Of a stretch of DNA of 63,450 nucleotides, positions 14,443 to 29,600 are shown piece by piece. The position numbers were made by a program, and so were the translations under genes. Numbering within the stretch: the first letter of the stretch is position 1; each line of letters starts with the position of its first letter. Source of the DNA: Pseudovirgaria hyperparasitica (lineage: Eukaryota); the NCBI GenBank assembly GCA_010093815.1, contig ML996579.1. One strand, 5' to 3'. Under the pieces are notes generated by a model. It did not search any database and was not told where the DNA came from. It saw nothing but the letters and a program-made list of their open reading frames with translations.

Positions 14443-14925
14443 ATTACGATTATTATTAATTTATATAGATTATTACGAATTATATTATTACTAGCTAAGG
14501 ATGGTATGAAAATTAGTAAATTACGTAAATCGCACTAAATTATAGTAAATCTATATAAATCTATATCTATAAGGATTAGGTAATATATCTAATAATCTAA
14601 AAAACTCTATAAAGAGTTAAGAGGTTTTTTAAAGAAAGGAATATTTCTAAGAAAAGATTTTAATATAGGTAGCACCCGGGCTTACCTAATTACATCACGT
14701 GATACGCTAGGCCTAATTAGGTAATCTCACCTATATAAGAAGTTAAGATAGATAAAATCTAGTTTATTAGGAAACGCTTATATAAATCTTAGATCGGCGA
14801 ATATTAGTAAGTATCTAAGACGAAGCGTAGAGAACGACTAAGGTCTTATAAGACTTAGGATAGGGATATAGAGATAGGTAATAATCTAGGTCGCTAAGGG
14901 TAGCTTCCTAGAGGGAAGGGATAAT

Positions 14926-15153
14926 TATTAGGACTTAGCCTTAGATAGGACTCGATCTACACGTACCTTAGCTAATAGGGTTAGAAGGTAACGTGAAGGG
15001 CGGTAAACAGTCACGTGCTAGATAGATCGGCGTCCCTTTATATATATACTCTCGGATTCCTACTAAAAGGGTTCGGTAGTAATTCGTTCTATAATAGAAT
15101 ACACCCCATTGTTCTATCTGGCTACACTACTATCTAATAACCCTATTCTTACA
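14926..15153 (+). repeat. 3' LTR of Gypsy copy 1
   Basis: Direct repeat of 2389-2616, preceded by the PPT and followed by TSD tatat. Confidence 0.93.
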
Positions 15154-16485
15154 TATATTATTAGTACTAATAATATTAAGTAAATAGAATAATCTAATAA
15201 CTAGAAGTACCCTAGAATTAAGATTATAAAGGTATAGTAGAAGAATATATAAGGGATTAAGGTAAAATTAAAAAAGTACTCTACTATAATAGTAGAGCTC
15301 TAAGATTCTACCCTTATCTATTAGATTATATAGAAAGGCTTTTTAGCTAAGAGAGAGTTACTTATAGTAGAACTATAAAATAGAGTATAGATAATAATCT
15401 AATACTTTAACTATTAGAGATATAGATATATAGAGTAGAGATACTCTTAGAAGGCTATCTATAGATAGTACTAATAGAACTATAGTACCTAGAAATACCT
15501 ATATAAAGCCTAAGGGGATTATATATATAATAAAGATACTACTAAGTACTCTAACTACGATAGGAATTATCTATTATAGTTAGTAATATATATAAAATAT
15601 AAATAAATTACTAAGTATATTAATACTATAAAGATAAGAGAAGTAAGATAGATATAATAGACTATAAGGCCTCTACTATCTACTCTAACCTTATCTATAA
15701 CTATACTAACTAACTTATAAGAAGGTAGAACTAATATATAATAGTATACTATATAGAGAAAGATAGGGCGACTCTAGGGTATCCTTAAGGTAGCTACTAT
15801 ATAGGGATAGTCGCGCCTTAATACTACTAGTATATAGATTTAAGCGTTCTCTAGTATCTAATAAGGAGCTAAGATATACTTATTATTATATAGGTAAATA
15901 TATAATATAAATAAGAAAACTAGGCTATGCTTCTAGAAGAGATAGATACCGCTATAATAGCTATCTAGAAGCTATATAAATACTACTAAACTAATAAACT
16001 AATAATATACCTAGAATACTATATTATCTACCCCCTAGGCCTAGATAGAAGAGTTCTATTCTATATATATAAATCTATCCCGCTCTTAGAATAGTTCTAT
16101 ATAGAATAAGATAACCTCTAGATAATACTATACCTCTAGATAGATATAGGGCCTCTCTATATCTATAATATCTATAACTAGAGAGAATTACTTATACTAG
16201 ATACTATACTAGAGAGTATTACGGAACTAGAATAATATATCCTTCTAGGCGACTTTAACCTCTACTATAGATAGTAGAGAGGCCTAATAGTTATTAGAGA
16301 AGAGCTTAGAGTAAGAGAACTATATATAAGGTACTATAACCTTCTATATCTCCTTATACTAGTTAGATAAATTATATAGAGAAAATATAAGAATAATAAG
16401 GAGAGATCTATACTCGACCTTACTCTTACTATAGAATATATAAGCTATAGAGTATAATATTACTACCCTAGTAGAATATAGATAG

Positions 16486-19400
16486 TATTAGAACTTAGCC
16501 TTAGATAGGACCCGACCTATACGTACCTTAGTTAACAGAGTTAGGAGGTAACGTGAAGGGCAGTAAACAGTCACATGCTAGATAGATCGGCGTCCCTTTA
16601 TATATATACTCTCGGATTCCTACCGAAAGGGTTCGGTAGTAATTCGTTCTATAATAGAATACACCCTATTATTCTATCTAACTATACTACTATCTAATAA
16701 CCCTATTCTTACATTAGAATTACTCCCTATATAGTACTATAGTTAAGATAGTCTAACTAGAACCGAGAAGGTCGACACGATCTACTATAGAGATAAGTAA
16801 CACTATATTAAATAATAGAGATCCTCTATAATTAGTATTAATCCCGGCCGTTTCTAACTAAGAAGTAGAAATGTTAGACTAAATCACGGAGCTTTTAGAC
16901 GAAGAAATGGTAGATACGCCGAGTAACTTCTAATAATATAAAGCCGAACAACGAGTCGTGGCGGAGCCACGTAAGGTATTATAATAAACTATCGCTGAAC
17001 TTTAGAAATACGTCGCGAATTAGGCTTAAGAGATTTAAACCCTTAAAGAATAGATAGAACGCGCGAAACTCCTTATAAAGAGACGAGAACTTAAGGAGTC
17101 TCTTAAAGAACTACGCCGAACGATAGTAGGTGGACGACTTCCTATACTAATTTAGGCGGAATTAGTTCACCTACCATTAGAGTTACGATAATCCACCGTA
17201 CACCCGACCGCTTCGTTACTAATTTACCCTACTCCTTCCCTAGGTATACCGAAACCTAAAGACCTAACTATATTTATAGGGAAGAACTAAAAGGAGTAGA
17301 AAGACTAGAAGAGAGACTACGAAAAGTACTTCCTCGATAACCCTCTACTCTTTTCTACTAAAGTATAACGCATTTCGTTTAGAGAACGATACCTAGACTT
17401 ATAATCCCGTAATTAATAGGATAGATAGAAGGAAGTGTAGCTACTATCTACGATAACCTAGGAACATTTAGCTATATTTATACTAAACACCCTCGGAACG
17501 GATAGAGAATGTAAAAGAAAGGCACTATCTAAGTTAAGAAGCGTAGCATAACGACCGAACTAGACACCTACTTAACTACTATAATACCTCTAAAACCTAT
17601 AGAATAATATCCCTACGCTATAGAAAAATATTCGTATATTCTAGTTTCGCGAAGTACTACTTCCATTAATCCGCGAAAGACTAGGAATAGTATTATTAAG
17701 TTTTAACTATCTATACGAATTAGAGGAGAAAGCTAATAAATACTACCATATCCTTAAGGAACGCGGCTCTCTAGGTAAAACCGACGAACCCTATACGGGT
17801 TAGAAACGAGGTTAATCGAATATATTTAATCAAGAGTAACCTCACCGCGATTAGCGCTAGAAGAGCGTAAATCGGGGTAGAAACGCGTTAAGAGAATACC
17901 GAAATAATCGAGGCGGTACTTCTTAACACGGAAAAGAATAAGGTATAGGCTTAAATATAACGCCTATCGTAAAATAGTAGGATTATAGCGTACTTCGTTA
18001 CTATAAGTATAGAGAAATAGAATATATTTCGCCTAACTATAAGAATCTAAAAAAAGAATAGGCTAGTATATAAGACCTAACCGCGTCCTTAGCTAAATTA
18101 TATATACTTAGGAGGAGCCGTAGCGCCTTCCGGTAAGTAAAGACCTAATATTACTAAAAGTATCGTTACCTATAGTAAATAGTAATAAAACTATATAGGC
18201 CCTCGTGGATACTAGTATAGAAGATAACTATATTTCGTCGATTCTCGTAAAGGAGTATAGATTATTATACGATCTTGGTAAAGTTAGCCGAACTATCGTA
18301 GTTAATAGACATGAAGTTAGAACTTTAGGTAAAGCTATAATGAATTACGAAGTTCATAACTCGAAGATAATAAAATAGTAGATGTCTAATAAATTCATCG
18401 TGGCTAATATTAGCTAATAGAATATGATTCTAGGGATGCCTTAGCTTAGACGCCTAAACCCTATCCTTAATTTTTAGAAGGAGATATTAACGTTCCGACG
18501 ATACCGTGGTAAATTATACTAGTAAGTTATAACTATTAGTAAGGAGGTATAGAACCTTACCGTACGGACCCGATTATCGCTAATCTATCTTACGTCCTTA
18601 TCGATTATCGATAAAGATAAGGACGATAGTAATAATCGGGGCGAAGACACGCTACCCGACGTATATTCGTAGTATACGGATGTGTTTTCGGTAGGAGATG
18701 CGTTACTTCTCCCTAATCACGGGCCGTATAAGCTAAAGATCGAGCTTAAAGAGGGAGTAGACGTCCCTTATAGCCTACTTTACCTACTTTCAAGACTAGA
18801 ACTTAAAGTTCTTTATAAATATATCGAAGAATACCTTAGAAGAGACTAGATACGTCGTAGTACGTTATTAGCTAGCGTATCTATTCTCTTCGTAAAGAAG
18901 AAAGACGGAAGTTTACGTCTATATATTAACTATCGGGTACTAAATACGGTGACTAAGAAGAATCGTCACCCATTACCGCTAGTTAGTAAATCTTTAGACT
19001 AATTAATAAAGGTAAAGTACTTTACGAAGCTAGATTTACGAGATATATATTACCAGCTTCGAATTCGTCGCGGAGATAAGTAGAAAACCGCATTTCGGAC
19101 TAGATATAGTCATTTTAAGTATACTATTATACCATTCGGGCTAATAAATACGCTAGGAGCGTTCTAAGGATACATTAACACTATACTCGTAGGATTACTT
19201 AACGTGATTTACGTAGTTTATCTTAATAATATACTAATTTACTCCGATAGTATATAGAATCATAAAGAACATGTGAAATCGGTACTAAATTATCTAAGGT
19301 AGTATAAACTCTACGTAAAATTATCTAAATACAAGTTTCACTAATAAGAAGTTAGGTTTCTCGGCTTTATTATAACACATAGCGGCCTAAAAATAGAGCC

Positions 19401-22400
19401 GGAGCGTGTAAAGACCATTATAGAATGGCCAGAACCTACTACTATACGTTAAATTAGAATATTTATAGGTTTCGTGAACTATTATTATAAATTCATTATA
19501 GGCTTCTTATAAATTATAGCGCCGCTTAATAAACTTATAGAGAATAGCGGTAAAATCCCTATAGGTAGGCGAGTATAGCGTAAAGCTAAGTCGGTCGAGA
19601 TATAGTTAACGCCGGAAGCGCGAGATACGTTCCGATCGTTAAAGAATTACTTTATAACTACGCTAATTCTTAGGTATTTTAATCCTAAGAAGTATATTTA
19701 GGTCGAAACTAACGCGTTAGGATTTATAATTACTAGAATTATTAGTTAACCGTATAAAGATACGAAAGATAAGGTGTAATAGTACCCGGTCGCTTTCTTT
19801 TCCCGTAAAATGGCGGATATAGAGACACGTTATAACACATACGACTAGAAACTACTTATAATTATCGAGAGTTTTAAGTAATAGCGACATTATTTAGAAG
19901 GCTCTATATATTAGATTAAATTATTATCGGATCACGTAAATCTACGTTACTTTATATTAACTAAGGTCCTTAATCGCTGATAAGTACGTTAGGCTAAGTA
20001 GATGTTAATATTTAACTTTAAAATCTTATATAAAGCTAGAAGAGAGAATAAAGCTAATCCTCTATCGCGGCGTAAAGATTATAAGAAATCATCATAGAAT
20101 AACGTAGATAGTCAGTACAAGTTAGACTATGCTATACTTTAGATACTATAAGACTAGTTATCTAATAGAATGCTAGAAGCTAGGACACTTTCGGCGATTC
20201 TCCGCGGGAATTAGAGCGGGTATTAAGTAATCTAAATAAACGTCTAAGAAACTAAGAAAACCCTTAAAGACTTAATTAAATCTACCTAGAATTCCGATAT
20301 ATTAGTAAAGAAAGTTATAAGTATAAAAGGAAGCGCTATAGATCCGCCATAGTTATTAAGGTAGAAACAACAATTAGACGCGATCTACTTCTAAGGCCGA
20401 CTCTACGTGCCGGAAGGCGGCTTATAAATTAATATTTTAAGGGAATAGCACGATTACGCGTTAGTAGGGTACTTTAGCGTTATAAGGACGGTCGATTTAA
20501 TCCGAAGGACGTACGACTAGCTAGGTCTTTATAAGTATATAAAGGACTATATAAAAACGTATAACGTTTACTAGCATACGAAAGTATATAGACACTTACC
20601 ATATAGCGAATTAAGGCCATTACCTATACAAAATAAGGCTTGGAAAGAATTATCGATGGATTTTATTATAGATCTACCCCTAAGTAAGTATCTTAGGCAT
20701 GTTTATAATAGTTTACTCGTAGTTCTAGATAGATTTACGAAGATATTATACTATATCCCTATAAGGAAGATAATCCAAGCACCGGATCTTATAGATATAC
20801 TACTTCGTAATATAGTTCGGCTCTATAGTATACCGAACGGTATAGTTTTAGATAGAGGTCCGTAGATAACGTCTAAGTTTTAGAAGGATTTCTACTATAC
20901 GCTAGGAATTAAGCGGAAACTTAGTACTACGTTCTATCTATAAATAGATAGATAGATAGAGTAGTAGAATTAGATAGTTAAGGTGTATTTACGCGTATAT
21001 TATAACTATAAGTAAGATAACTAGGTAAGGTTAGTCTATATCGCGGAATTCGCGTATAATAATAGTCGATATACGTTAACCCACGTAAGTCTATTCGAAG
21101 TAAACTTCGGTTAAAACCATAAAGCGTAGTTTATAGAAACTTAGTATAAATTAGAGTAGCCTAACGTTAAGGCGACGGAGATTATAATAGAACTATTCTA
21201 AACGTAAAGAAGCGTTATAAAGTTATTATAAGATACTATAGATTATAGTAAATCGCACTATAATAAGGGTAGNNNNNNNNNNNNNNNNNNNNNNNNNNNN
21301 NNNNNNNNNNNNNNNNNNNNNNNNNNNNNNNNNNNNNNNNNNNNNNNNNNNNNNNNNNNNNNNNNNNNNNNNNNNNNNNNNNNNNNNNNNNNNNNNNNNN
21401 NNNNNNNNNNNNNNNNNNNNNNNNNNNNNNNNNNNNNNNNNNNNNNNNNNNNNNNNNNNNNNNNNNNNNNNNNNNNNNNNNNNNNNNNNNNNNNNNNNNN
21501 NNNNNNNNNNNNNNNNNNNNNNNNNNNNNNNNNNNNNNNNNNNNNNNNNNNNNNNNNNNNNNNNNNNNNNNNNNNNNNNNNNNNNNNNNNNNNNNNNNNN
21601 NNNNNNNNNNNNNNNNNNNNNNNNNNNNNNNNNNNNNNNNNNNNNNNNNNNNNNNNNNNNNNNNNNNNNNNNNNNNNNNNNNNNNNNNNNNNNNNNNNNN
21701 NNNNNNNNNNNNNNNNNNNNNNNNNNNNNNNNNNNNNNNNNNNNNNNNNNNNNNNNNNNNNNNNNNNNNNNNNNNNNNNNNNNNNNNNNNNNNNNNNNNN
21801 NNNNNNNNNNNNNNNNNNNNNNNNNNNNNNNNNNNNNNNNNNNNNNNNNNNNNNNNNNNNNNNNNNNNNNNNNNNNNNNNNNNNNNNNNNNNNNNNNNNN
21901 NNNNNNNNNNNNNNNNNNNNNNNNNNNNNNNNNNNNNNNNNNNNNNNNNNNNNNNNNNNNNNNNNNNNNNNNNNNNNNNNNNNNNNNNNNNNNNNNNNNN
22001 NNNNNNNNNNNNNNNNNNNNNNNNNNNNNNNNNNNNNNNNNNNNNNNNNNNNNNNNNNNNNNNNNNNNNNNNNNNNNNNNNNNNNNNNNNNNNNNNNNNN
22101 NNNNNNNNNNNNNNNNNNNNNNNNNNNNNNNNNNNNNNNNNNNNNNNNNNNNNNNNNNNNNNNNNNNNNNNNNNNNNNNNNNNNNNNNNNNNNNNNNNNN
22201 NNNNNNNNNNNNNNNNNNNNNNNNNNNNNNNNNNNNNNNNNNNNNNNNNNNNNNNNNNNNNNTAAAATTAAGAAAGCTAAAAGAAAATATAAAGATCTAT
22301 ATAGATCTATATAAACTCGTACTAATCTATCTAGAAGAAGTAAGATCGCTTTAAAATAGAAACCGAAAAAACTAAAAACGCTAGATAAAAGAGACATATT

Positions 22401-24122
22401 AGTACTAATTAGTATAGATCTAAACCGATTAAGTTGGAGTAGGAGTAGAAGTACTAATTACCGCGATAGTTATATCTAATTCCTTCCGCTAGTTCTTATT
22501 TAGTATAGTATAGAGCTTTATAATATAAGTCTCTAGCCTTTCGTTCTAACGCTATAAATTCTATATAGCGCGCCTTATAGCTATAAACTCCTCTATAGAA
22601 ACCTACGGAGCGGCGGGACCCGGGATAGAGAGGGACGGACTAGCGCGGGCACGCTAAGAATTATATAAATTAGCGAAAAGATTTAACGATCGGTATAGAA
22701 CCATATACCTTTAGTATAGAAACTTCTAGATTAGAGCTATCTTCCCTAAATTTATAGCTCTTTAGCACGCGCGAGGAAGGAACCTTAGTCTTTTTACTAG
22801 AACCTTTTCTAGGAGTTTTAATATTACTAGTATATAGAAAGAAGTCCGAAGTGGTAGATATTCTAGTACTATTATAGAGATTAATATATATTAGTAAGAA
22901 TCTATAACGATTTAAGAAAAACGATATTACCTAGTAATCGCGGTAATAATAGCTATAGTAGATTCCGATAAATCCTTACGGATCTTATTAGAATCGTACT
23001 CCTAGGCGTAACCCTTGCCTTAGGTATATAGCTTATAGAAAGCCTTCTCTAAGGCGTTACGATCGGTAGTACCACGCTCCTTATTAGTAGGGGTTACTAG
23101 AGGCCTAGTAGTAATCTATACTAATATAAGTAAATCTACGTAAAGTTCTTCGAACTTACTTAAATATCTATAAGTAATAACGCTTCTTAGTTATATAAGT
23201 ACCGTATATTATAGATTTAGTACCGCCGTAAGTAATATATAACGGAAAGCGATAACTATAATAATATATAGCTAGATTATTAGAGCCCGGCCTAGGTCAG
23301 GGTAGATTAATAGCTTTCGACATATTAGTAACGTATACGAGATAGAGATTATTTAAAGGCGCCTGTTTCCGTACCGATTACTTTAGAGCGTCGAGATTTC
23401 GGGAAACTATATTATAATTATTATTAATTTATGCGGATTATTACGAATTATATTATTACTAGCTAAGGACGGCACGAAAATTAGTAAATTGCGTAAATCG
23501 CACTAAATTATAGTAAATCTACATAAATCTATATCTATAAGGATCGGGTAATATACCTAATAATCTAAAAAACTCTATAAAGAGTTAAGAAGTTTTTTAA
23601 AGAAAGGAATATTTCTAAGAAAAGATTTTAATATAGGTAGTACCCGGGCTTATCTAATTACATTACGTGATACGCTAGGCCTAATTAGGTAATCTTACCT
23701 ATATAAGAAGTTAAGATGGATAAAATCTAGTTTATTAGGAAAACGCTTGTGTAAATCTTAGATTAGTAAATATTAGTAAGTATCTAAGACGAAGCGTAGA
23801 GAACGACTAAGGTCTTACGAGACTTAGGATAGAGATATAGGGATAGGTAACGATCTAGGTTACTAAGGGTAGCTTCCTAGAGGGAAGGGATAATTATTAG
23901 AACTTAGCCTTAGGTAGGACCCGATCTACACGTACCTTAGTTAATAGAGTTAGGAGGTAATATAAAGGGCGGTAAATAGTTACGTGCTAGATAGATCGGC
24001 GTCCCTTTATATATATACTCTCGGATTCCTACCGAAAGGGTTCGGTAGTAATTCGTTCTATGATAGAATACACCCTATTGTTCTATCTAACTACACTACT
24101 ATCCAATAACCCTATTCTTATA
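16486..24122 (+). mobile_element. Ty3/Gypsy LTR retrotransposon copy 2, RIP-inactivated
   Basis: LTRs 16486-16713 and 23895-24122; TSD gatag (16481-16485 and 24123-24127); collinear gag-PR-RT-RH-INT relics; ORF 20656-20865 is an integrase core fragment (MDFIIDLP..VVLDRFTK). Confidence 0.93.
22429..23410 (-). pseudogene. Antisense spliced accessory gene of Gypsy copy 2 (RIPped)
   Basis: Homologous to 57915-58896; retains a CAG codon (cgg aaa cag gcg) where the other two copies have TAG. Confidence 0.7.
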
Positions 24123-26587
24123 GATAGACTCTAACTATAAATATATAGAGACTATAATAGATATATCTATATCTAATAAATAATAGAGAAGATAGCTATA
24201 GAAAGATACTAACTAGAAGAAGTATAGGGAGAACCTAGAATTAGTAATTCTAGACCCCTCTATAGTTAATATATCTAATAGCCCGACTATAGATAGAGCC
24301 GTATAAGTTCTTCTTTAAGCCTTCTAAAACTTAAGAGATAAATATATACTATACTAAATATATAAGTCTCTAGATATAAGGGGTATACTCTAAATATATA
24401 AAAGTAGAAGAGAAGCCCGGAGACTATATATATATATACTATATCTAGATAACTAAGATATAGAAGGAATAGAAAGAGGTAATCTAATCTTATAATAGGA
24501 CTCTCTATAATAAATAATATAAATACTAGTATATAATTACTAAGAAATATATATAATAGACTATAGAGCTATAGTATATAGTAAAGTAGGCTAAGAGTAT
24601 AGACGTGCTAATACTACTACTACTAATATATCCCCTAATATACTAGGGGAGGATATATACTATAAGCCCCGAAAAGATAGAGATTCTCTAAGAAGTTATA
24701 TTTCCCCCCCTAGAGCTAGTAGATCTATTAGATATTAATAATAATATATATCTAGACGCGGTTAATATCTCTATAGAGATTATAGAAAAGGATATACTTA
24801 ATACTATTAAAGTACTCCTAAATAATAAAGTATCTAGACTAGATAGAATACTAAATAGATATCTTAAATATACTATATAGGTAACCTTACTACTTATTAG
24901 TCTTATCTTCTAGATATATACTAAGAATAGATACTATCTCTAAAGCTTCTAGACTATCTATACTATTATACTTCTAAAGCTAGAGAAGAACCCTAACTCT
25001 CTAAAAGAATAGAGACTAATTACTCTTCTCTTCTATCTTAGTAAGATATTTAAAACTATAATTGCGAAGAAGATAAGTACTATAGTATAAGAATATAATC
25101 TTCTTCTAGTAAACTAGAAGGCGAAGACTAGGAGCTCTCTAATTACTACTATCTAATATATTCTTAAAGTTATCTAGACTATATAGAAGTAGAGATATAT
25201 AATAATATTACTCTCCCTTAATATAGCTAGCGTATTTAATAAGGTAAACTATATAAGACTTATCTATAATCTATAGAAGAGATATATATCTAAATAGATT
25301 ATAAAGTTTATATAATTCTTTCTTACTAAAAGAATTATCTAGATATATATCTCTAGATATTAAAGTAAATATAAGAAGATAATATATAGTATTCTATAAG
25401 GAAGTACTATCTCCCTAATCCTCTTTCTTTTCTTTACTATAGACCTTCTATAGAGAATATAATATATAGAGATAGTAGAATATACTAATAATATATACCT
25501 TCTAGCTATTAATAATAATACTAGTTTAATATATAAATACCTTAAATAAGACTATAAGAGATATATCTAGTAGGTAAAGCGCTATAGAGTAAAGTTCGCC
25601 CCTAAGAAATACTAACTTATATACTTTATTAACTACTATAGAAGATAGACTACTAAGGAAGAAGAGTAATATTCTAGAATAGATACTTTTACTAAACTAC
25701 TAATATAGAGTATACGTGTACTTAGTATTATAATTAATAATAAACTTAAATAGAGTCTATAGATTATATATACTATATCTAGAGCCCTTAAGATAGAAGC
25801 TACTATATACTAGATTACGGCCTCTATATAGAGAACTACCTAGAATAAGGCGCGCTAGCTATATATATCTATAGTATAATCTACCTTTATATATAGATAT
25901 AAGTACTAGTATATAGCCCTTATATAGACTAGGCGAATAAAGCTTAAGTCTATATAGAACTATATACTCTACCTTATATCTAGTATATATAAAGCTACTA
26001 ATATAGTACTACTATAACACGAGATAAATATAATAAGTATATAGAACTTCTACTAGATATAGAGGGTAATATACTTTACTAAATAATAAGTATAGAAATA
26101 TATAGGATATACTAAATATACCTTCGCTATACTATATATATAAGTTAGTATCTACTATTAAGCGCTACTATATATAGTCTAGACTTAACTATAGTATAAG
26201 AGTCTAATAGAGATAGACTTAAACTAAATTATATAAGAGATTAGGGATAATCTAGACGCCTCTCTAGACTAGTAGAACCCTTAGAAGCTTATACAGGCTA
26301 TATAGTTATAGACCTAGAATAAATAGAAGGAAGTTCTCTAGATCTATTAGATATCCTAATAGAATAGATATCTAGAATAGATTTAGAAACTATAGAAGAA
26401 ACTAAGTAGATAGATATATAAAGGGCTTATAAAAGCCTAAGTATCTATCCTTCTCTAAGCCCGAATAGAAGCTATAGAACTTCTATACTATCTATATTAG
26501 AGAGATATCCTAGACACGTCTCTATAGTATAAAGTATATAGCTAGAGAGATATAATATAGTACTATCTTATAATATATCTAGACCTC

Positions 26588-26595
<8 letters not shown>

Positions 26596-26619
<24 letters not shown>

Positions 26620-29600
26620 TTATATAACTAGGTAGAGTAGTACTCTATAGGCCTATGCCTCCTCTAGTCTAAGCCACTATATAAGAAGAAACCCTATAGA
26701 GAAAAACTTCCTTATATCTATAACTACATCTCATTAAACCTCTATTTCGTCTTAAGTATATAGCTATAGAGTACGCCTATTAGCCTATAGCCTATATTAC
26801 TATTATTTTACCCTTAGGTAGCACGTATAGGTGCGGAGGTTATTAGTTAAGGGCTGCCCTTAACTAATAATCGGGGTTCTTCTAGGGTTCTTCCGGTATA
26901 TATCGGGTTACTACCGGCGTATACCAGGTCTCTTCCAGCATATATTTCCGGGTCCACTAGTACTAGAGGAGTAGTAGATATATAAGTATCTATCAAGAGA
27001 CATCCTTAGGGTACTTATTAAGCTATCATACAATATCTAAAGTCTTCATAACGTAGATAAGCTATTACCATTATATATAGAGGTTAGAGTATATAGCTAG
27101 ATAGTGGCGTATTATACCTCTCCGGCCGCACGCCTTATACTATAGGGAGGTATTAGGAACGCCTCTCTTATAGATATAGTATAGGAGTCCTATAGCGCCC
27201 GTTCGGGCTTAGATGAGTATAGATGCTTAGGCTTTCGTTAGCCCTTTATATATCTATTTACTCGGTTCCTTCTATGGCCCTCGAATCTACTCTAGATACC
27301 TATCCTACTAGGAGGTCTAGTAGGTACGGAGTGCCTCTTTCTACTTATCTTAAGTCCACGACCGTATATTTTTCACGAGTTCTTAAAGGCTCTACTAGTC
27401 TAGGAGAGCGTCCGGGTTATCTCGGACTTCTTATACTACTTAGCTAGAGTCGGCTTCTATTAAGTATCTATACCGTATTTAATTCTAGCCTATATATAGG
27501 AGTGCGCGGTAATATATACTAATTCATACACGTAGCGCGGCGAAAGTATATTCTACGTTTTCTATGCGTTCCTATACTTATTATTTAGTAAAGTATACTA
27601 CCCTCTATGTCTAGTAGAAGTTATATATACTTATGACGTCTGTCTCGCGTTATAGTAGCACTATATTAGTAGCTTTATATGCGCCTAATATAAGACGGAG
27701 TATACGGTTCTATATAGATTCGAGCTTTATTTACCTAGTCTATATAAGGGCCATATACTAGCACTCGTGTCCGTACGTAAAGGCGGGTCATGCTATAGAT
27801 ATATATAGCTAGCGTACCTTATCCCGGGCGGTTCCCTACGTAGAGGCTATAATCTATTATATAGCGGCTTCTATCTAGAAGGCCCTAGAGACGGCGTATA
27901 CCACTTATAGTCCCTATTTAAGCTTACTATCTAGTATAACTCTAAGCGCGCGCATGCTTTATACTAGTAGTTCGTTAAATACGTCGATTCGGGGGCGTCG
28001 TTCGCCTTCCCTAGTTACCTATTTCCCTTAATAATTAATAAAGTGTATAAGCTAGTATTTCTCTAGGGCGAACTTTACTCTATAGCGTTTTACCCACTAG
28101 AGGCACCTCTCGTGGTTCTATTCTAGTCGTCTATACGTTCGGTTAGTATTATTATTAATAGCTAGGAGGTATATGTTATCGGCGTATCCGACTACCTCTA
28201 TATACTTTATTCCTTAAAGAAGGTCTACCGTAAAGAAGAGGAATAGAATCGGAGAGATGGTGCTCCCTTATAGGATGCCGTATACCGTCTCTTTATATTT
28301 ACTCTAGTACCTAGGGATATATATCTAAGTTATTCTTCCTATAAGGAATGACTATATAAAGCGTATAATCCATTCTAGTATTCGTCTTATCTAGAGGTTA
28401 TAAATAAGTCTTATATGGTTTACCTTATTAAACGCTCCGGCCATATCGAGGGAGAGGAGCGATACTACCCGTCCCTATTTCCATGCGGCCTAGACGACTT
28501 TAATAATGTGTTAGATAGCTATTATTAGGGAGCTATCTACCTTTACCTTCTAGTTTAGAGGGAGGAGATTATATTTCTATGCCGCGGTACTTATCTTCTT
28601 TACTATCATGGCCTCTAGTATCTTACCTAGGTAGAAGAGAAGGGCGATTGGTCTCCATCCCTTTAGGGAGTTAGGGCTCTTTCCTAGTTTCGGGAGCATG
28701 ATAGTATAGGCGACTCGGAAGCTCTAGGGGTGGTACCCCTACGTAACGTATACTTAGCCTCTAGTTCGAAGTCGGATGACTCCTATAGGTTCGACGTGCT
28801 CTATACCATTAGGCCCTACTCCTGTTTTCGCCTTATCTTATCCCCTTTAGGCTTATACCTCCGGCTCTACTAGAAGAGGGGCACGACGCCTCCTCTAGCT
28901 AGGAAACTACGAGGTTTACTCCTTAAACCTATATTACTAGCGTACGTACCTAGCGACACGTTCTATCTCTTTATAAATCGATACGCGTATCCGTTCTCTC
29001 GGGCCATATAGTAGTCTCCCCGGCTAGGACGTAATCCCGCCTACTTCTAGATATACTAAAGGTTAGAGCCCATTAAAGGGGTAAGGTCCTTAGAGCTAGT
29101 AGTTACTACTATATACCACGCCCTACCTTTAAGCATAGCTACTATCCGGTTTCGTATTACCTATAGAGATCTCTCTACGATAGGCCGACCGTGTCTTATA
29201 GGCGAGTATCCTTTAAATTCTATACGTGTATACTTACGTGACGCGCCTAGGCGACTTAAGTATTCTCTATCTACTAACCCGATCTATTTCTACTACTTTT
29301 TAATAGGTCCCTATAGCCGCCTCTTGCCTATATCCGTGTACTATTATATATATATACTAGCGCCCTACCTCCTACGGTAGACTATAACATCTCTTATACG
29401 CGGGAGCTACTCTATCTATCCTAGACCTAAGCGGTATCCTATATCGAGCGAAAGGTCTTAATAGAGTCGCGCTACTAGTGGTCGCGCTAGGCGTCTTAAT
29501 AAACGTAGTTTAATACTATAGGAGAGTTAGCCTTAATAAGTTCATCCGTAGTAGTTTATAGTTGCCCTCGACGTGATTTCTCGCTAATTCTTACGCACCT

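Larger units (their letters stand above)
2389..15153 (+). mobile_element. Ty3/Gypsy LTR retrotransposon copy 1 (chromovirus family), RIP-inactivated, with a LINE inserted between RNase H and integrase
   Basis: 228-bp LTRs; 5-bp TSD tatat (2384-2388 and 15154-15158); degenerate gag CCHC ~3955-3998, protease LVDT ~4160, RT YLD(D>N) 5185-5196, RNase H E(T)DAS ~5671, integrase ~11900-12500; PPT gagggaagggataat before the 3' LTR. Confidence 0.93.

Noticed and set aside
12571..22262. Gypsy copies 1 and 2 both lack the same integrase-end/chromodomain segment
   Set aside because: These are N-gaps with identical borders (assembly repeat collapse), not deletions; copy 3 contains the ~740-bp segment. 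Sequence next to the gaps could be mis-assigned between copies
21258..22397. 379-aa ORF in the track
   Set aside because: Almost entirely N-gap (X residues); artefact
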